A stretch of DNA of 26,373 bases from a virus (taxonomy: Duplodnaviria > Caudoviricetes): positions 1-26,373 of the IMG/VR virus record IMGVR_UViG_3300032253_000032, one strand, 5' to 3'. The translations under genes were made by a program, and so were the position numbers. Under the pieces are notes generated by a model. The model had not been told where the DNA came from. It saw only the letters and a list, made by a program, of their open reading frames with translations, and searched no databases. Below, piece by piece: positions 1 through 8,782 of this stretch (positions are counted from its first letter, which is position 1; each line of letters starts with the position of its first letter).

Positions 1-82
1 ACTTTAAATCTATTTGAACATAGTTTGGACATAGTGGATAAAATTGAAGATTCTAAAAACGCTTGGAAGTACGGTGTATAAG

Positions 83-127
83 TGGTGGGTCCTATGTGAC
101 TCGAACACATGACCACTCCGTTATGAG
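83..127 (-). tRNA. 3' half of a CAT-anticodon tRNA (elongator Met or Ile2) = prophage attachment-site core
   Basis: Reverse complement CTCATAACGGAGTGGTCATGTGTTCGAGTCACATAGGACCCACCA: anticodon loop CT-CAT-AA, T-arm ATGTG/TTCGAGT/CACAT, ACCA end. The 5' anticodon strand (expected CTCCG) and D-arm are absent, so this is a fragment broken at the anticodon loop. Confidence 0.9.
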
Positions 128-231
128 ACCAACGTACTATTCTGTAAAATCTTACTAACTACCATCATACCGCCTTAGTTGTGCATGTGTAACTCTCATT
201 TAATGTCATCTGTTGTATAGTATTGCTTATA

Positions 232-258
232 AAGTGAACACCCAAGTGAACACCCAAG
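232..258 (+). repeat. Tandem 12-bp direct repeat AAGTGAACACCC x2, putative integrase arm-type binding sites
   Basis: Exact copies at 232-243 and 244-255 (plus AAG), located between the att core and the integrase start. Confidence 0.65.
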
Positions 259-279
259 ATATAAAGTAGGGATTATACC

Positions 280-1353
280 ATGGCTATTGATAAAAATGAT
301 TATCCTCATAAGATTGAGAATAATTTATGGAGTGATAACAACTATACTATCTTTTTTTATAACTTTATGTTTGAGAAAAAAAGATATCGTGGGCTTATTG
401 ATTTAAGTTCTAAGAGTAGTTGGAGTAAGAAAGATAGAATCTCTTCTGCTAAGATAGAGATAAGCAACATCAAGACTAAGAAAAAAGATAGTGTGCAGAA
501 TGAAAATATATCTCTTGATGATTTTATGGCTGAGTATTTTGAGCATCAACCTGATACAAGCTATGTTAAAACTCGCAAGAGTCATTATGATAGATATATC
601 TCTCCGATATGTGGGAAAAAGAAAGTTACTGAGATACGGCAGTTACATATTCGGGATGCTATAAAGTTTCAAGAAGAAAAAGATTTGGCACCTCGTACTG
701 TTAAGCAGACTTTGGAAGTTTTGTCACCTGCTTTTAAAAATGCTATTGCTAATAGGCTTCTATCTTTTAACCCTCTTGATGGAATAAAGATAAAGCTTCC
801 TAAAACCAAGAAGATAGTTTCACATGCGAGCGAGGAACTGGTTAAAATACATAATGCTATATATTTAGAGTTTGCTAGTGATCCTTTTTATCTGGCACTG
901 TTTCTTTTTGCTTTGCAAGGTCGTAGACGTGGTGAAATACTTACTCTTAAGTGGGAAGATATAAATTTTGAGAAAAGCTACTATGTTCTTCGAGACACAA
1001 AGAACAATGAAGAGCAAAAGATTTTTTTACCTGAGCCAATAAAAGAGTCTTTGTCTAAAATACCAAATATGAGCGAGTGGGTTTTTCATTCTCGTATCAC
1101 TGGTAGGCATTTAGTAGACATACGAAAAGTTACTAACAAGTTAAAGGCAAGACTTGGTGATGAGAACTTCGGGATACACTATCTTCGTAATGTGATAGTG
1201 TCAGCTATGGCTGAACAAGGCTTTGATAGCATCCATCTTAGTGGCGCTTTAGGGCATAATGACCCGAACACTATTAAGAAGTATCTCACTATGAACTATT
1301 TGAAGTCTAGTGAGATGGCTTCTGGGGTTATTGAGAGGATTGTTCGGAAGTAG
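280..1353 (+). CDS. int: Phage integrase (tyrosine recombinase)
   Basis: Catalytic motifs GRRRGE (R), DTKN (K), HYLR, LGH...KKY; N-terminal SAM-like core-binding region; adjacent to the tRNA att. Confidence 0.95.
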   Translation: MAIDKNDYPHKIENNLWSDNNYTIFFYNFMFEKKRYRGLIDLSSKSSWSKKDRISSAKIEISNIKTKKKDSVQNENISLDDFMAEYFEHQPDTSYVKTRKSHYDRYISPICGKKKVTEIRQLHIRDAIKFQEEKDLAPRTVKQTLEVLSPAFKNAIANRLLSFNPLDGIKIKLPKTKKIVSHASEELVKIHNAIYLEFASDPFYLALFLFALQGRRRGEILTLKWEDINFEKSYYVLRDTKNNEEQKIFLPEPIKESLSKIPNMSEWVFHSRITGRHLVDIRKVTNKLKARLGDENFGIHYLRNVIVSAMAEQGFDSIHLSGALGHNDPNTIKKYLTMNYLKSSEMASGVIERIVRK

Positions 1354-1624
1354 TTGTCTCCCTACATGTTTTTAGTTGTATTAGATATGCGTTGTAATAT
1401 ACATTATAATCTGCAATGATATTCTTGAATTTCTCTTTCATAATGCTTGGCAGTAAAAATTCTATAAATGGATTATGTACTTTAATACTGTTTTGTTCAC
1501 ATTCTAAATTCATATGACCTACCCCTAAAAACTCTATTGTAATGCTTGGTTTGATAGGCTTGCTCTCATGTATTGTCATTAGTAAAATTAACTTCTTATC
1601 ATTGTAATATTCAATAACTTTCAT
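1328..1624 (-). CDS. Hypothetical phage protein
   Basis: 98-aa ORF, GAGG RBS; last gene of the leftward operon, overlapping the int 3' end convergently. Confidence 0.6.
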   Translation of the reverse strand: MKVIEYYNDKKLILLMTIHESKPIKPSITIEFLGVGHMNLECEQNSIKVHNPFIEFLLPSIMKEKFKNIIADYNVYYNAYLIQLKTCRETTTSEQSSQ

Positions 1625-1648
1625 TTTAGTTACCTCATTCTTTTAATA

Positions 1649-1906
1649 TTAAGAAAATATATATGAATCATCATCATGCTCATATATTATTGTAATTTTT
1701 TCACCTATTTTTTCAAGTATCTCATCGTAGTGCCATGGGCGAGGGATTATAAATAAACCTTTTCTTCTATCTTCTTCTGTAAATTTATACTCTTCAGATA
1801 AACTCATCCGCATAGGAAACAGCTCATCTATCTTTTTATAAACATCTTTTTTACTTACTTTTTGAGGGCTATTCCCATGTTGAACTTCATTTATTATTTG
1901 TTGCAT
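1649..1906 (-). CDS. Hypothetical phage protein
   Basis: 85-aa ORF with AAGGAAG RBS in a co-oriented operon. Confidence 0.7.
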   Translation of the reverse strand: MQQIINEVQHGNSPQKVSKKDVYKKIDELFPMRMSLSEEYKFTEEDRRKGLFIIPRPWHYDEILEKIGEKITIIYEHDDDSYIFS

Positions 1907-1921
1907 AATTACTTCCTTGAA

Positions 1922-2236
1922 TTAAATTATATCAAAAGCTGGAACTATTTTCATATCGTAGGATTCTAAACATTTACTGTCTATAATCTTTAGGTGTCGA
2001 AGTCTGAAAGTCTTAGTATAGCGATTTTTCTTGCTTTTGGTATGGTAGTTTCTTTTTATAAACTGAGTTCCGGTCTTGTAGTATTTTGCTAGAATCATTA
2101 ATCTGTCAAATACTAAGATAGGAACAACTGTATACATTGGTGAACGAATAACATCAGCTTGTTTATTTAGTATATTTTTAAATTTTAGTATGTCCTCTTT
2201 GGTTATCGGGTTTGATGCTACTATATTATCGTTCAT
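1922..2236 (-). CDS. Hypothetical phage protein
   Basis: 104-aa ORF overlapping the upstream gene, AAGGA RBS. Confidence 0.7.
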   Translation of the reverse strand: MNDNIVASNPITKEDILKFKNILNKQADVIRSPMYTVVPILVFDRLMILAKYYKTGTQFIKRNYHTKSKKNRYTKTFRLRHLKIIDSKCLESYDMKIVPAFDII

Positions 2237-2555
2237 TGTTTTGTTCCTTTACCTGCAAAATATCTATATTCTTAAATGCAACTACAGTGTGTATTTTTAT
2301 TGCGAAGAAAGTGCCTTTACCTAGGTCTGTTTGTTCGTCTTTTCTAGTTATTCTTATATCTCCACATTCACAAAGCATGAAAGGGCTGTCAGTTCTGTAG
2401 CCATTTTTTATGATGATAAAGTCATACTTTTTAAAGTTTCCCTCAGTTCCTAATCTTTGAATCCAGTGAGGTTTTATTTCTCTGAAATCTTCCAGCTTCT
2501 CTCTGTTAAGGATTTTATAGAACCACTCTTTAGTTACTGTCAGGTGTAGTGTCAT
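2226..2555 (-). CDS. ASCH/PUA-like domain protein
   Basis: LHLTVTKEWFYKILNREKLEDFREIKPHWIQRL...IKNGY matches the phage ASCH subfamily pattern (LxLxxxWFxxIxxGxKxxEyRxxxxyWxxRL...GY). Confidence 0.75.
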   Translation of the reverse strand: MTLHLTVTKEWFYKILNREKLEDFREIKPHWIQRLGTEGNFKKYDFIIIKNGYRTDSPFMLCECGDIRITRKDEQTDLGKGTFFAIKIHTVVAFKNIDILQVKEQNNER

Positions 2556-3220
2556 TGTTCTATTCTCAGGTCTTTTTCTATCGCTTTATCATGTGTATAT
2601 TTCACTCCAATAAATCCACATTTTATACATGTACTGTTTGGTTTTGCTGTATATTCTTCTTTGCAGTTTCCGCAAGTATGATATGCGTACTCTTTTCTGA
2701 GTTCATTTGTAAAAGGCAACCAAATATTATTCCAAAAATGAAGAACCCTTGGCTTTAATTTATCATCTTCTGGGATACCCTCAAAGTCATAAAATATCTT
2801 TTGAAATGAATTATGCTCCATTATTTCTTCAAAGTAAATATCAACGCTTCCACTATAATCTTCCATGACATTTAGCATATCATCCCATGCTTCTCTCGCT
2901 TCAAATTTTGATAAATACTCTTTCTCTCTTCTTGCTTCGATGATAGCTATTTTTACACTTCTTTTTCTACTATCCCAACCAGGCTCATACATCTTGTCGG
3001 TTCCGCCCATAAGTTTCTTCATTGCGTAGTCCATGTTGATGGAGCAAAGAAACTTTTTTTGTGTGTATCCTGTAGAAACCCAGTAATAATTAAACTCTCC
3101 GTAGTCACTACTTATCATTACATTTACAGAGTTCTCTCCACAATCTAAATTTATTTTAGCCCATAAAGATTGTTCTCCTCTGAGTGTATATGTTTCAGTT
3201 AATGTTTTTTTGATTGTCAT
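2552..3220 (-). CDS. Conserved hypothetical phage protein with C-terminal zinc ribbon
   Basis: 222 aa; ISSDYGxxxxxW...YxxKKL motif; C-terminal CGNC...CIKC. Confidence 0.8.
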   Translation of the reverse strand: MTIKKTLTETYTLRGEQSLWAKINLDCGENSVNVMISSDYGEFNYYWVSTGYTQKKFLCSINMDYAMKKLMGGTDKMYEPGWDSRKRSVKIAIIEARREKEYLSKFEAREAWDDMLNVMEDYSGSVDIYFEEIMEHNSFQKIFYDFEGIPEDDKLKPRVLHFWNNIWLPFTNELRKEYAYHTCGNCKEEYTAKPNSTCIKCGFIGVKYTHDKAIEKDLRIEQ

Positions 3221-3420
3221 TCTCTCATCCTCTCTTCATTGAATTTTATAGCTTTTAGAACTGCCATTTTTCTATCATCATCTCTTATGCTATGGTGCTG
3301 TTTATTTATCTCTGTTAGAACATCATCTGCCAGTTTGTTCTTTACTGTAAAAGCATACATGTAGTTCAGTTCTTTCCATGTTGCTGTTTTTACTCCGTAG
3401 AGGTATTGTAGTTTAGTCAT
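3217..3420 (-). CDS. Hypothetical phage protein
   Basis: 67-aa ORF overlapping both neighbours. Confidence 0.7.
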   Translation of the reverse strand: MTKLQYLYGVKTATWKELNYMYAFTVKNKLADDVLTEINKQHHSIRDDDRKMAVLKAIKFNEERMRE

Positions 3421-3745
3421 TTGTGGTCTTTATAAAATTTATAAAATCATGCAATGTGGCTCGAATCACATTAGGTTTAATATTCGCCTCATCAGATAAC
3501 TGAAGTTTATCAATATCATCAGGAGACTTTATCCACCTTGCAAAACCGTCTATAATACTTCCAGCACGATATTGGTTCATCGTACTGGCTCCCATTTTTT
3601 CTAAACCAACCATATACTTTTCTTTCCAAAAATCAGTATTTTCCGTTACTGCTTCCATCTTTGGTTCACAACCATCAAACTCTTTCTCAACCGCATCTAA
3701 ATATGCTCTATTTCTTTGACCCATTACAAATCCTTCAATTTTCAT
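3413..3745 (-). CDS. Hypothetical phage protein
   Basis: 110-aa ORF, ATGA-coupled to the dnaG stop. Confidence 0.75.
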   Translation of the reverse strand: MKIEGFVMGQRNRAYLDAVEKEFDGCEPKMEAVTENTDFWKEKYMVGLEKMGASTMNQYRAGSIIDGFARWIKSPDDIDKLQLSDEANIKPNVIRATLHDFINFIKTTND

Positions 3746-5358
3746 GCACTAACTCTCACATCTCTCATAAGTCCGTGGATAATCCCTTTTATCTTTTTAA
3801 TCTCAAAAGCTTTTTTTTCATAGTTGTCATTTGAGTTGATTATCGTTTGTAACTTTTTTGAGTTGTGGTTGATTAGCATTTGTTTTAACTGGCTTACCAG
3901 CTCCGCTTGTGTGTAGATGCTTAGTTCTTCTCTTAGGAGGAGTCCCTGGATCTGTTCATCATTTTTTAGCAGCATCTCGAACTCTTTTTTGTGAAACTCA
4001 AATACTTCTATGCCTATGTTGTCGAGAACTGTGTTTAGAAGTGCCTCGTTTTCGTTAGCTGTTTTGATGATGTTCATCTCGGCTATGTTTATCTGCTGTA
4101 GCCTTGGTGTAAAGTTTTGCACTGGCTGTGATGTTGTTATGTGGCTCTGGCTTATCTGCAACACTTTTGCAATGTATGGTTTGTACTCATCCTGTATGAG
4201 TGGGCTTAGAGTTTTTAGGAACTCCTGCACCTCGTTTAGTGCTTCTTGTTTGTTTTGCGGTACATTTAGGTTGTACGACTTTGCTATGTGGTTTATGGCG
4301 AACTTTATGAGCGGTGTGCTTTGTTTTAGAAACTTGTGCAACTCTTCAATATTTCCATCTTTTACCATATCGGCTGGGTCTTTTCCCTCGGGAAATATTA
4401 CCACTCCACCGTGAATGTCATGCGAGCTTAGTAATTTACTTGCTTTAAACGCTGCGGCTATCCCTGCTTTGTCACCGTCATAACATAACAATGCACGGGC
4501 ATGTGCCTTTTTGATGATGTTGCAGTGTAACTCTGTGAGTGCAGTACCCATAGTCGCAACTGCTGTTTGTATGCCAGCTTGATGAAACATAATCACATCT
4601 AAGTAGCCCTCGGTTATGACGAATGTTCCTTTTTTGTAGATATGCTCTTTTGCTATGTTAAATCCGTAAAGGTTTCTTGACTTGTCAAAGAGTTTGGTTT
4701 GTGGGCTGTTTATATATTTGGCTCCCTCGCCTTTTGTGATACGACCTCCAAAGCCTATGAGCTTGCCTGTATGGTTACGAATAGGGAAACTGATACGATT
4801 GGTCAGTCTTGCGTAAGTTTTGTTGTTGTCGTCCACTGCAAGTACTCCACACTCTACAGCATCCGAAGTACTGAAGAGTTGAGCTTTTATGGAGTTGATT
4901 TGTTCTTTTGATGAAGTTGTGAAACCTATCTCAAAATTTTTGATGTTCTCGTCTGTCAAGCCTCTGTTTAAAAGATACTCGTGTGTTTTTAAGTCTAAGC
5001 TCCCGAGATAGTAGCCGTTGATAAACTCCATCACATTTGAGTGGTCTTTTTCATTTGCATTTGTGTTGTCGTACTCCAGCGTGAAGTTTAAATCGTTTGC
5101 TATCTCTTCTACTGCTTCTGCAAATGTAAGTTTTTTGTACTCTTGCACAAACTTGATAGCATCACCTCCAGCACCGCATCCGAAACAGTGACATATTTGT
5201 TTTGCAGGGCTTACAACAAAGCTTGCAGTTACCTCGTTATGAAAAGGACACGGAGCCTTGAAGTTTGCACCAGCTTTTTTGAGTTCTATGAAGTTGCCTA
5301 TGATGTCTACTATGTCTAGTTGTGACTTTAGGGATTCTAGGGAGGATGGTTTTATCAT
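3742..5358 (-). CDS. dnaG: DNA primase, full-length bacterial DnaG type (538 aa)
   Basis: CHC2 zinc finger CPFH...CFGC, GFGGR, KYINSP, TOPRIM EGYLD and YDGD motifs. Start placed at MIKPSS (5358, ATGA overlap) rather than 5424. Confidence 0.95.
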   Translation of the reverse strand: MIKPSSLESLKSQLDIVDIIGNFIELKKAGANFKAPCPFHNEVTASFVVSPAKQICHCFGCGAGGDAIKFVQEYKKLTFAEAVEEIANDLNFTLEYDNTNANEKDHSNVMEFINGYYLGSLDLKTHEYLLNRGLTDENIKNFEIGFTTSSKEQINSIKAQLFSTSDAVECGVLAVDDNNKTYARLTNRISFPIRNHTGKLIGFGGRITKGEGAKYINSPQTKLFDKSRNLYGFNIAKEHIYKKGTFVITEGYLDVIMFHQAGIQTAVATMGTALTELHCNIIKKAHARALLCYDGDKAGIAAAFKASKLLSSHDIHGGVVIFPEGKDPADMVKDGNIEELHKFLKQSTPLIKFAINHIAKSYNLNVPQNKQEALNEVQEFLKTLSPLIQDEYKPYIAKVLQISQSHITTSQPVQNFTPRLQQINIAEMNIIKTANENEALLNTVLDNIGIEVFEFHKKEFEMLLKNDEQIQGLLLREELSIYTQAELVSQLKQMLINHNSKKLQTIINSNDNYEKKAFEIKKIKGIIHGLMRDVRVSA

Positions 5359-5654
5359 GATTTTGCACACTCTTGACATATTCTCTGTTTGTTCCCATTT
5401 CCAACTAACTTTGTTCCATCGCAATTAGAACAAATACCATTTTCTTTATCTCTTTTTATCAGATAAGCATACATGGAATTCCAGTTCTGAAAACCGTATT
5501 TCTTTGACTCAGCATTGTAGGCATAACTTAACTTAAAGCCTTGTTCTTTATATACTGTTTCATATTGCACTTTTACAATTTTTTTAAACTGTTGATATGT
5601 TGGTACATTATCTAGTTTAGATTTTGTGGTTTTTAGGGAGGATGGCTTTATCAT
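5355..5654 (-). CDS. Hypothetical protein; N-terminus duplicates the DnaG start, central KLS...KYGFQNWN motif, C-terminal CxxC/CxxC
   Basis: 99 aa; starts MIKPSSL like DnaG; the middle resembles the so-called glyoxalase-superfamily small helical domain; CSNC...CQEC. Confidence 0.7.
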   Translation of the reverse strand: MIKPSSLKTTKSKLDNVPTYQQFKKIVKVQYETVYKEQGFKLSYAYNAESKKYGFQNWNSMYAYLIKRDKENGICSNCDGTKLVGNGNKQRICQECAKS

Positions 5655-5995
5655 GTTACTAACCTCTGACAGAACCCATACTCTTCATCTATTGGTATTG
5701 CGTAAGTAAGAACTGCATCATACATCCTTGACTTGTTGCTGATACATATATGTTTATCTGTTATTTTCACTTTCTTTTTTGCTTTCGCTATTTCTTCAGT
5801 AGTTTGAACTTGTATTTTTATGATGTCTGTATACTCTATTTTTTTAACCCATGCCATGCATTTTGAAGTAAGACAATTTATATTTGTATGAGAAAAATTA
5901 TCTATTTCATTATCAAAAATAATACTCTCTTTTATCACTATATGTTCAATAAATGGACATATTTTTTTCTCTGCTTCGCTTGCTTTTTGTATCAT
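5651..5995 (-). CDS. Cys-containing hypothetical phage protein
   Basis: 114 aa, AGGAG RBS; CPF...CLTSKCMAW...GFC pattern. Confidence 0.75.
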   Translation of the reverse strand: MIQKASEAEKKICPFIEHIVIKESIIFDNEIDNFSHTNINCLTSKCMAWVKKIEYTDIIKIQVQTTEEIAKAKKKVKITDKHICISNKSRMYDAVLTYAIPIDEEYGFCQRLVT

Positions 5996-6029
5996 TTTGT
6001 TCTCCTAATGTTAAACATTTATGAGCGAC

Positions 6030-6209
6030 TTAGTAGCCGCATGTTCTACATGTATAAACTAAGTGTTCTTGGATTACAACAGGTAAAAATTCACTTTTAT
6101 CAAGAAACTGCACTTGTGTTGATAGTGCTTTTGACATTGGTATCTCTTCACCCTCTGCTATGTAATCAACTCCCATAGGTTCATTTCTGCATTTAGGGCA
6201 AGATGTCAT
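6030..6209 (-). CDS. Small zinc-ribbon protein (59 aa)
   Basis: MTSCPKC...CRTCGY; a GGAGG RBS before the ATG at 6209 supports this start over 6353. Confidence 0.7.
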   Translation of the reverse strand: MTSCPKCRNEPMGVDYIAEGEEIPMSKALSTQVQFLDKSEFLPVVIQEHLVYTCRTCGY

Positions 6210-6210
6210 T

Positions 6211-6924
6211 TTATACCTCCAACTGCCTAACTTCTTTTTGACCATGTACCGCTTGATTAATTTGAATTTTATTGCCTGCCAAAATACCAGCACTTTCTGC
6301 ACTTCTATCAACTTTTGATTTTGATTTTGATTCAAATGTAGAAAACTCTCCATTTAAAAAATCTGTACTTTCTTTTATTCTTGATTCTAAGTCAATACAT
6401 ACAAGTCCATACTCTTGTTCTTGCTGATTGAAGAACTTATTTTGCTGTTCATATAGTTTTTTAAATACTATTTTTATAATTCCTTTTTTGAAACCCTGCA
6501 TCTTACTTTTTAAAGTATGAGATTTTAAACCTTGTGATTTTAGTTCGTTCATATATATAGTTGAGCGTACCTCTATCTCCCTACTCAAAAATTCAACTAG
6601 ATACATAGCATTTTCAACATCTCTTTCTCTTCCTGTAATACTTCCTTTTGCGTTTACATGGTAGTATCCATTTCTCCAAGTAAATATACAACCTGCTATA
6701 TTTGCCATAGATGAATATAAGTCAATCATCCAGCTAGGAACTCTTTTGACTTTTAAAATAGTGTCCTTACTGATAAAGTTTTGTCTGTAAACTTCATCTT
6801 TTGTAATGTTGTGTTCACCCATAAGTTTTAAGGCTCTGTCTAGTGCCAGTTTAGCTTCGTGTTCATTGTCGCTCATAGAAAGATTTAATAGCTTTTCTAT
6901 TTTATCTTTTATGCTTTCTTTCAT
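6211..6924 (-). CDS. DUF2786 domain-containing protein
   Basis: N-terminal KIEKLLNLSMSDNEHEAKLALDRALKLMGEHNI is the DUF2786 signature. Confidence 0.85.
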   Translation of the reverse strand: MKESIKDKIEKLLNLSMSDNEHEAKLALDRALKLMGEHNITKDEVYRQNFISKDTILKVKRVPSWMIDLYSSMANIAGCIFTWRNGYYHVNAKGSITGRERDVENAMYLVEFLSREIEVRSTIYMNELKSQGLKSHTLKSKMQGFKKGIIKIVFKKLYEQQNKFFNQQEQEYGLVCIDLESRIKESTDFLNGEFSTFESKSKSKVDRSAESAGILAGNKIQINQAVHGQKEVRQLEV

Positions 6925-7133
6925 GCTACTGCTCCCTTGACATTAAACCCTAGCTCAAATTTACAGATATTTAAAAACTCTTCGTCTTTTAAAAGTTCTC
7001 TGATATCTGCTGGTGAATGTACTGACTGGTTTCTTAGTCCTGTTGTAAGATGATCGATGGCTTCTTCTTTAGACTTATCTGCAATAAGTGCTTTTAGTCC
7101 TCTGAGCGTCTTTTCTGTAAAAGCTTTACTCAT
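6921..7133 (-). CDS. Hypothetical phage protein
   Basis: 70-aa ORF, ATGA-coupled. Confidence 0.75.
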   Translation of the reverse strand: MSKAFTEKTLRGLKALIADKSKEEAIDHLTTGLRNQSVHSPADIRELLKDEEFLNICKFELGFNVKGAVA

Positions 7134-7681
7134 CTTTTCAACATTTCTTGCAATCTGAGTGCAAGCTCATACATGTTGTCACTTACATCTTTTTGCAAGC
7201 CTATCTCTTCGCTTATAGTTATGATGAGGCTCATGTAGTCAAACTCTTGTAATGGCTTCATAAGTGGGTCTAGTCTTTTGTCAGGTGCATCTTGAAACTC
7301 TAGGAACAAAAGATAAAGTCCTAGCATTTCAGGGTTTGTGCTGTCTTCTGGAATCATAGAAATAATCCCTGCATTATGCCCTTTTTTGATACGCTCCAAA
7401 TCTGTAAAGTTTAACTGTGAAAACATTACATCTACCATGGAAGTAACCTTGTCCAGCTCTGCTTCAACTCTTAAGAGTACTTTTCGCATCTTGTTTAGTT
7501 GCTTTTTATCATCTGTGATACTTACAGCTTTTGCAACTACATCACTCATCTTTCGCACTTTTAAAATACCTACTGCCATGTTGAACACGACTAAGTGTTT
7601 TATGGCAGGAGTGCTTAAAGATTTGGCAGCGGTAATCTTAGGTCTTTTTGGTGGAACTTGGAGTTGTGGGAGCTTACTCAT
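7130..7681 (-). CDS. Hypothetical phage protein
   Basis: 183-aa ORF overlapping both neighbours. Confidence 0.8.
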   Translation of the reverse strand: MSKLPQLQVPPKRPKITAAKSLSTPAIKHLVVFNMAVGILKVRKMSDVVAKAVSITDDKKQLNKMRKVLLRVEAELDKVTSMVDVMFSQLNFTDLERIKKGHNAGIISMIPEDSTNPEMLGLYLLFLEFQDAPDKRLDPLMKPLQEFDYMSLIITISEEIGLQKDVSDNMYELALRLQEMLKR

Positions 7682-8198
7682 CTGTTACACTCTCTAACTC
7701 TGTTTTGCTTGGTATGTCGAAAAGGTAGGTTCTGTGACTTATGAGCATTAGTTGAACTACTTTAGTGTCTTTTTTGATGATGTAAGATTTTTTACTATTT
7801 TCTGCACCGCAAAAAGAGCCGGAAGCATCTGCAAAATATTGTTCAGTTCCACTTGGATTATGCACTCTAATCATAATCTCGTTTTCATCATCCATATTTA
7901 TGATTTTTACACCGCTTTGCATAGTGAGGTTTTCTGCCAAAGAATCTGCAAGCATCAACTGCATAGCATGACCGCTTTTAAAGAAGTCGTACTCTTGCAT
8001 GGCTTCTACCATATCTTCTTCTGCTACACCCTCAGTAAATTTCGCTTTTAAAAACTCTTGGTCTATGGCTACACCTAAAGGGATAAGAGCTGTATCACCT
8101 ACATTTATGGTTACATCTTCTCTTGCATATAAATCTATGTAGGCACTCTTGCCTGACTCATTTGTTGGCATCTTGCCGTTTAGTATTGTTTTGAACAT
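7674..8198 (-). CDS. dut: Trimeric dUTPase-like protein with degenerate catalytic motifs (174 aa)
   Basis: MPT...AYIDLYAREDVTINVGDTALIPLGVAI...EIMIRVHN...IKKDTKVVQLM follows the dUTPase fold; AAGGA RBS at 8198; motifs 2, 3 and 5 altered or missing. Confidence 0.8.
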   Translation of the reverse strand: MFKTILNGKMPTNESGKSAYIDLYAREDVTINVGDTALIPLGVAIDQEFLKAKFTEGVAEEDMVEAMQEYDFFKSGHAMQLMLADSLAENLTMQSGVKIINMDDENEIMIRVHNPSGTEQYFADASGSFCGAENSKKSYIIKKDTKVVQLMLISHRTYLFDIPSKTELESVTDE

Positions 8199-8211
8199 GT
8201 GAATTCCTTTG

Positions 8212-8352
8212 TTATGTTTTTTTATGTAAGGTTTTTGAAAGTTCACAAACTTCCATACCTTTAATTTCTCTATTGTGTTTTTTACAAAAAACTGTTCTTT
8301 TTACAAAAAATTCACAACCCCTACAGCTTTCTAATTGTTGAAGATTTTTCAT
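8212..8352 (-). CDS. Small Cys-rich protein (46 aa), not in the ORF track
   Basis: MKNLQQLESCRGCEFFVKRTVFCKKHNREIKGMEVCELSKTLHKKT; ATGA-coupled to the upstream ORF. Confidence 0.6.
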   Translation of the reverse strand: MKNLQQLESCRGCEFFVKRTVFCKKHNREIKGMEVCELSKTLHKKT

Positions 8353-8486
8353 TTTGTTTTTTTCATCATCTTTTGAATCTCTTTGTTGGCTCTAGTCAAA
8401 CTTTCAATATTTGCCAAGTTTGCGAGAGCGTGACCGTTTAGTGGTTTGTTTTGCATAATTCCTAGCACTTTGTTAAATGCTTTCAT
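8349..8486 (-). CDS. Small hypothetical protein (45 aa), not in the ORF track
   Basis: MKAFNKVLGIMQNKPLNGHALANLANIESLTRANKEIQKMMKKTK; ATGA overlaps at both ends. Confidence 0.65.
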   Translation of the reverse strand: MKAFNKVLGIMQNKPLNGHALANLANIESLTRANKEIQKMMKKTK

Positions 8487-8782
8487 GAGGCTATCTCATA
8501 GATTTGATATGCTCGTACTTGGATTTTTCTTTTACCTCTTCCCAACAAGTAAAACATTTCCCCTCCCATGAACGGAAGGGGATGAATCTCTCCGAGAACT
8601 AGCCAAAACTTAGCTTGGCTTGATTTTCCTATTTTAACTTGGTCACTTATCCCTACTGTTTTAAAGATAAAACCTGTTCCTCCATATCTTAGTATGTCTG
8701 TTAGTTGGGACTGAAGTTGTCCTATTTTTTTACATATAATCTCATAAGGTTCATCCCTTAGTTTTCCTTTTAGTTTCCACAT
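8483..8782 (-). CDS. Hypothetical phage protein (99 aa)
   Basis: Start at MWKLKG with AGGAGAG RBS. Confidence 0.75.
   Translation of the reverse strand: MWKLKGKLRDEPYEIICKKIGQLQSQLTDILRYGGTGFIFKTVGISDQVKIGKSSQAKFWLVLGEIHPLPFMGGEMFYLLGRGKRKIQVRAYQIYEIAS

Noticed and set aside
83-160. Complete tRNA gene
   Set aside because: Similarity stops at the anticodon loop; no 5' anticodon strand, D-arm or acceptor 5' strand
4010-4911. Antisense ORFs inside dnaG (and similar ones opposite int, the recombinase, terL and the fibre genes)
   Set aside because: Shadow frames of well-supported genes with no independent motifs
5359-5424. Extended DnaG N-terminus from the ORF track (similarly the extensions at 6353, 8246, 8854 and 17606)
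   Set aside because: They mostly overlap upstream genes; internal ATGs have an RBS or coupling and match domain starts
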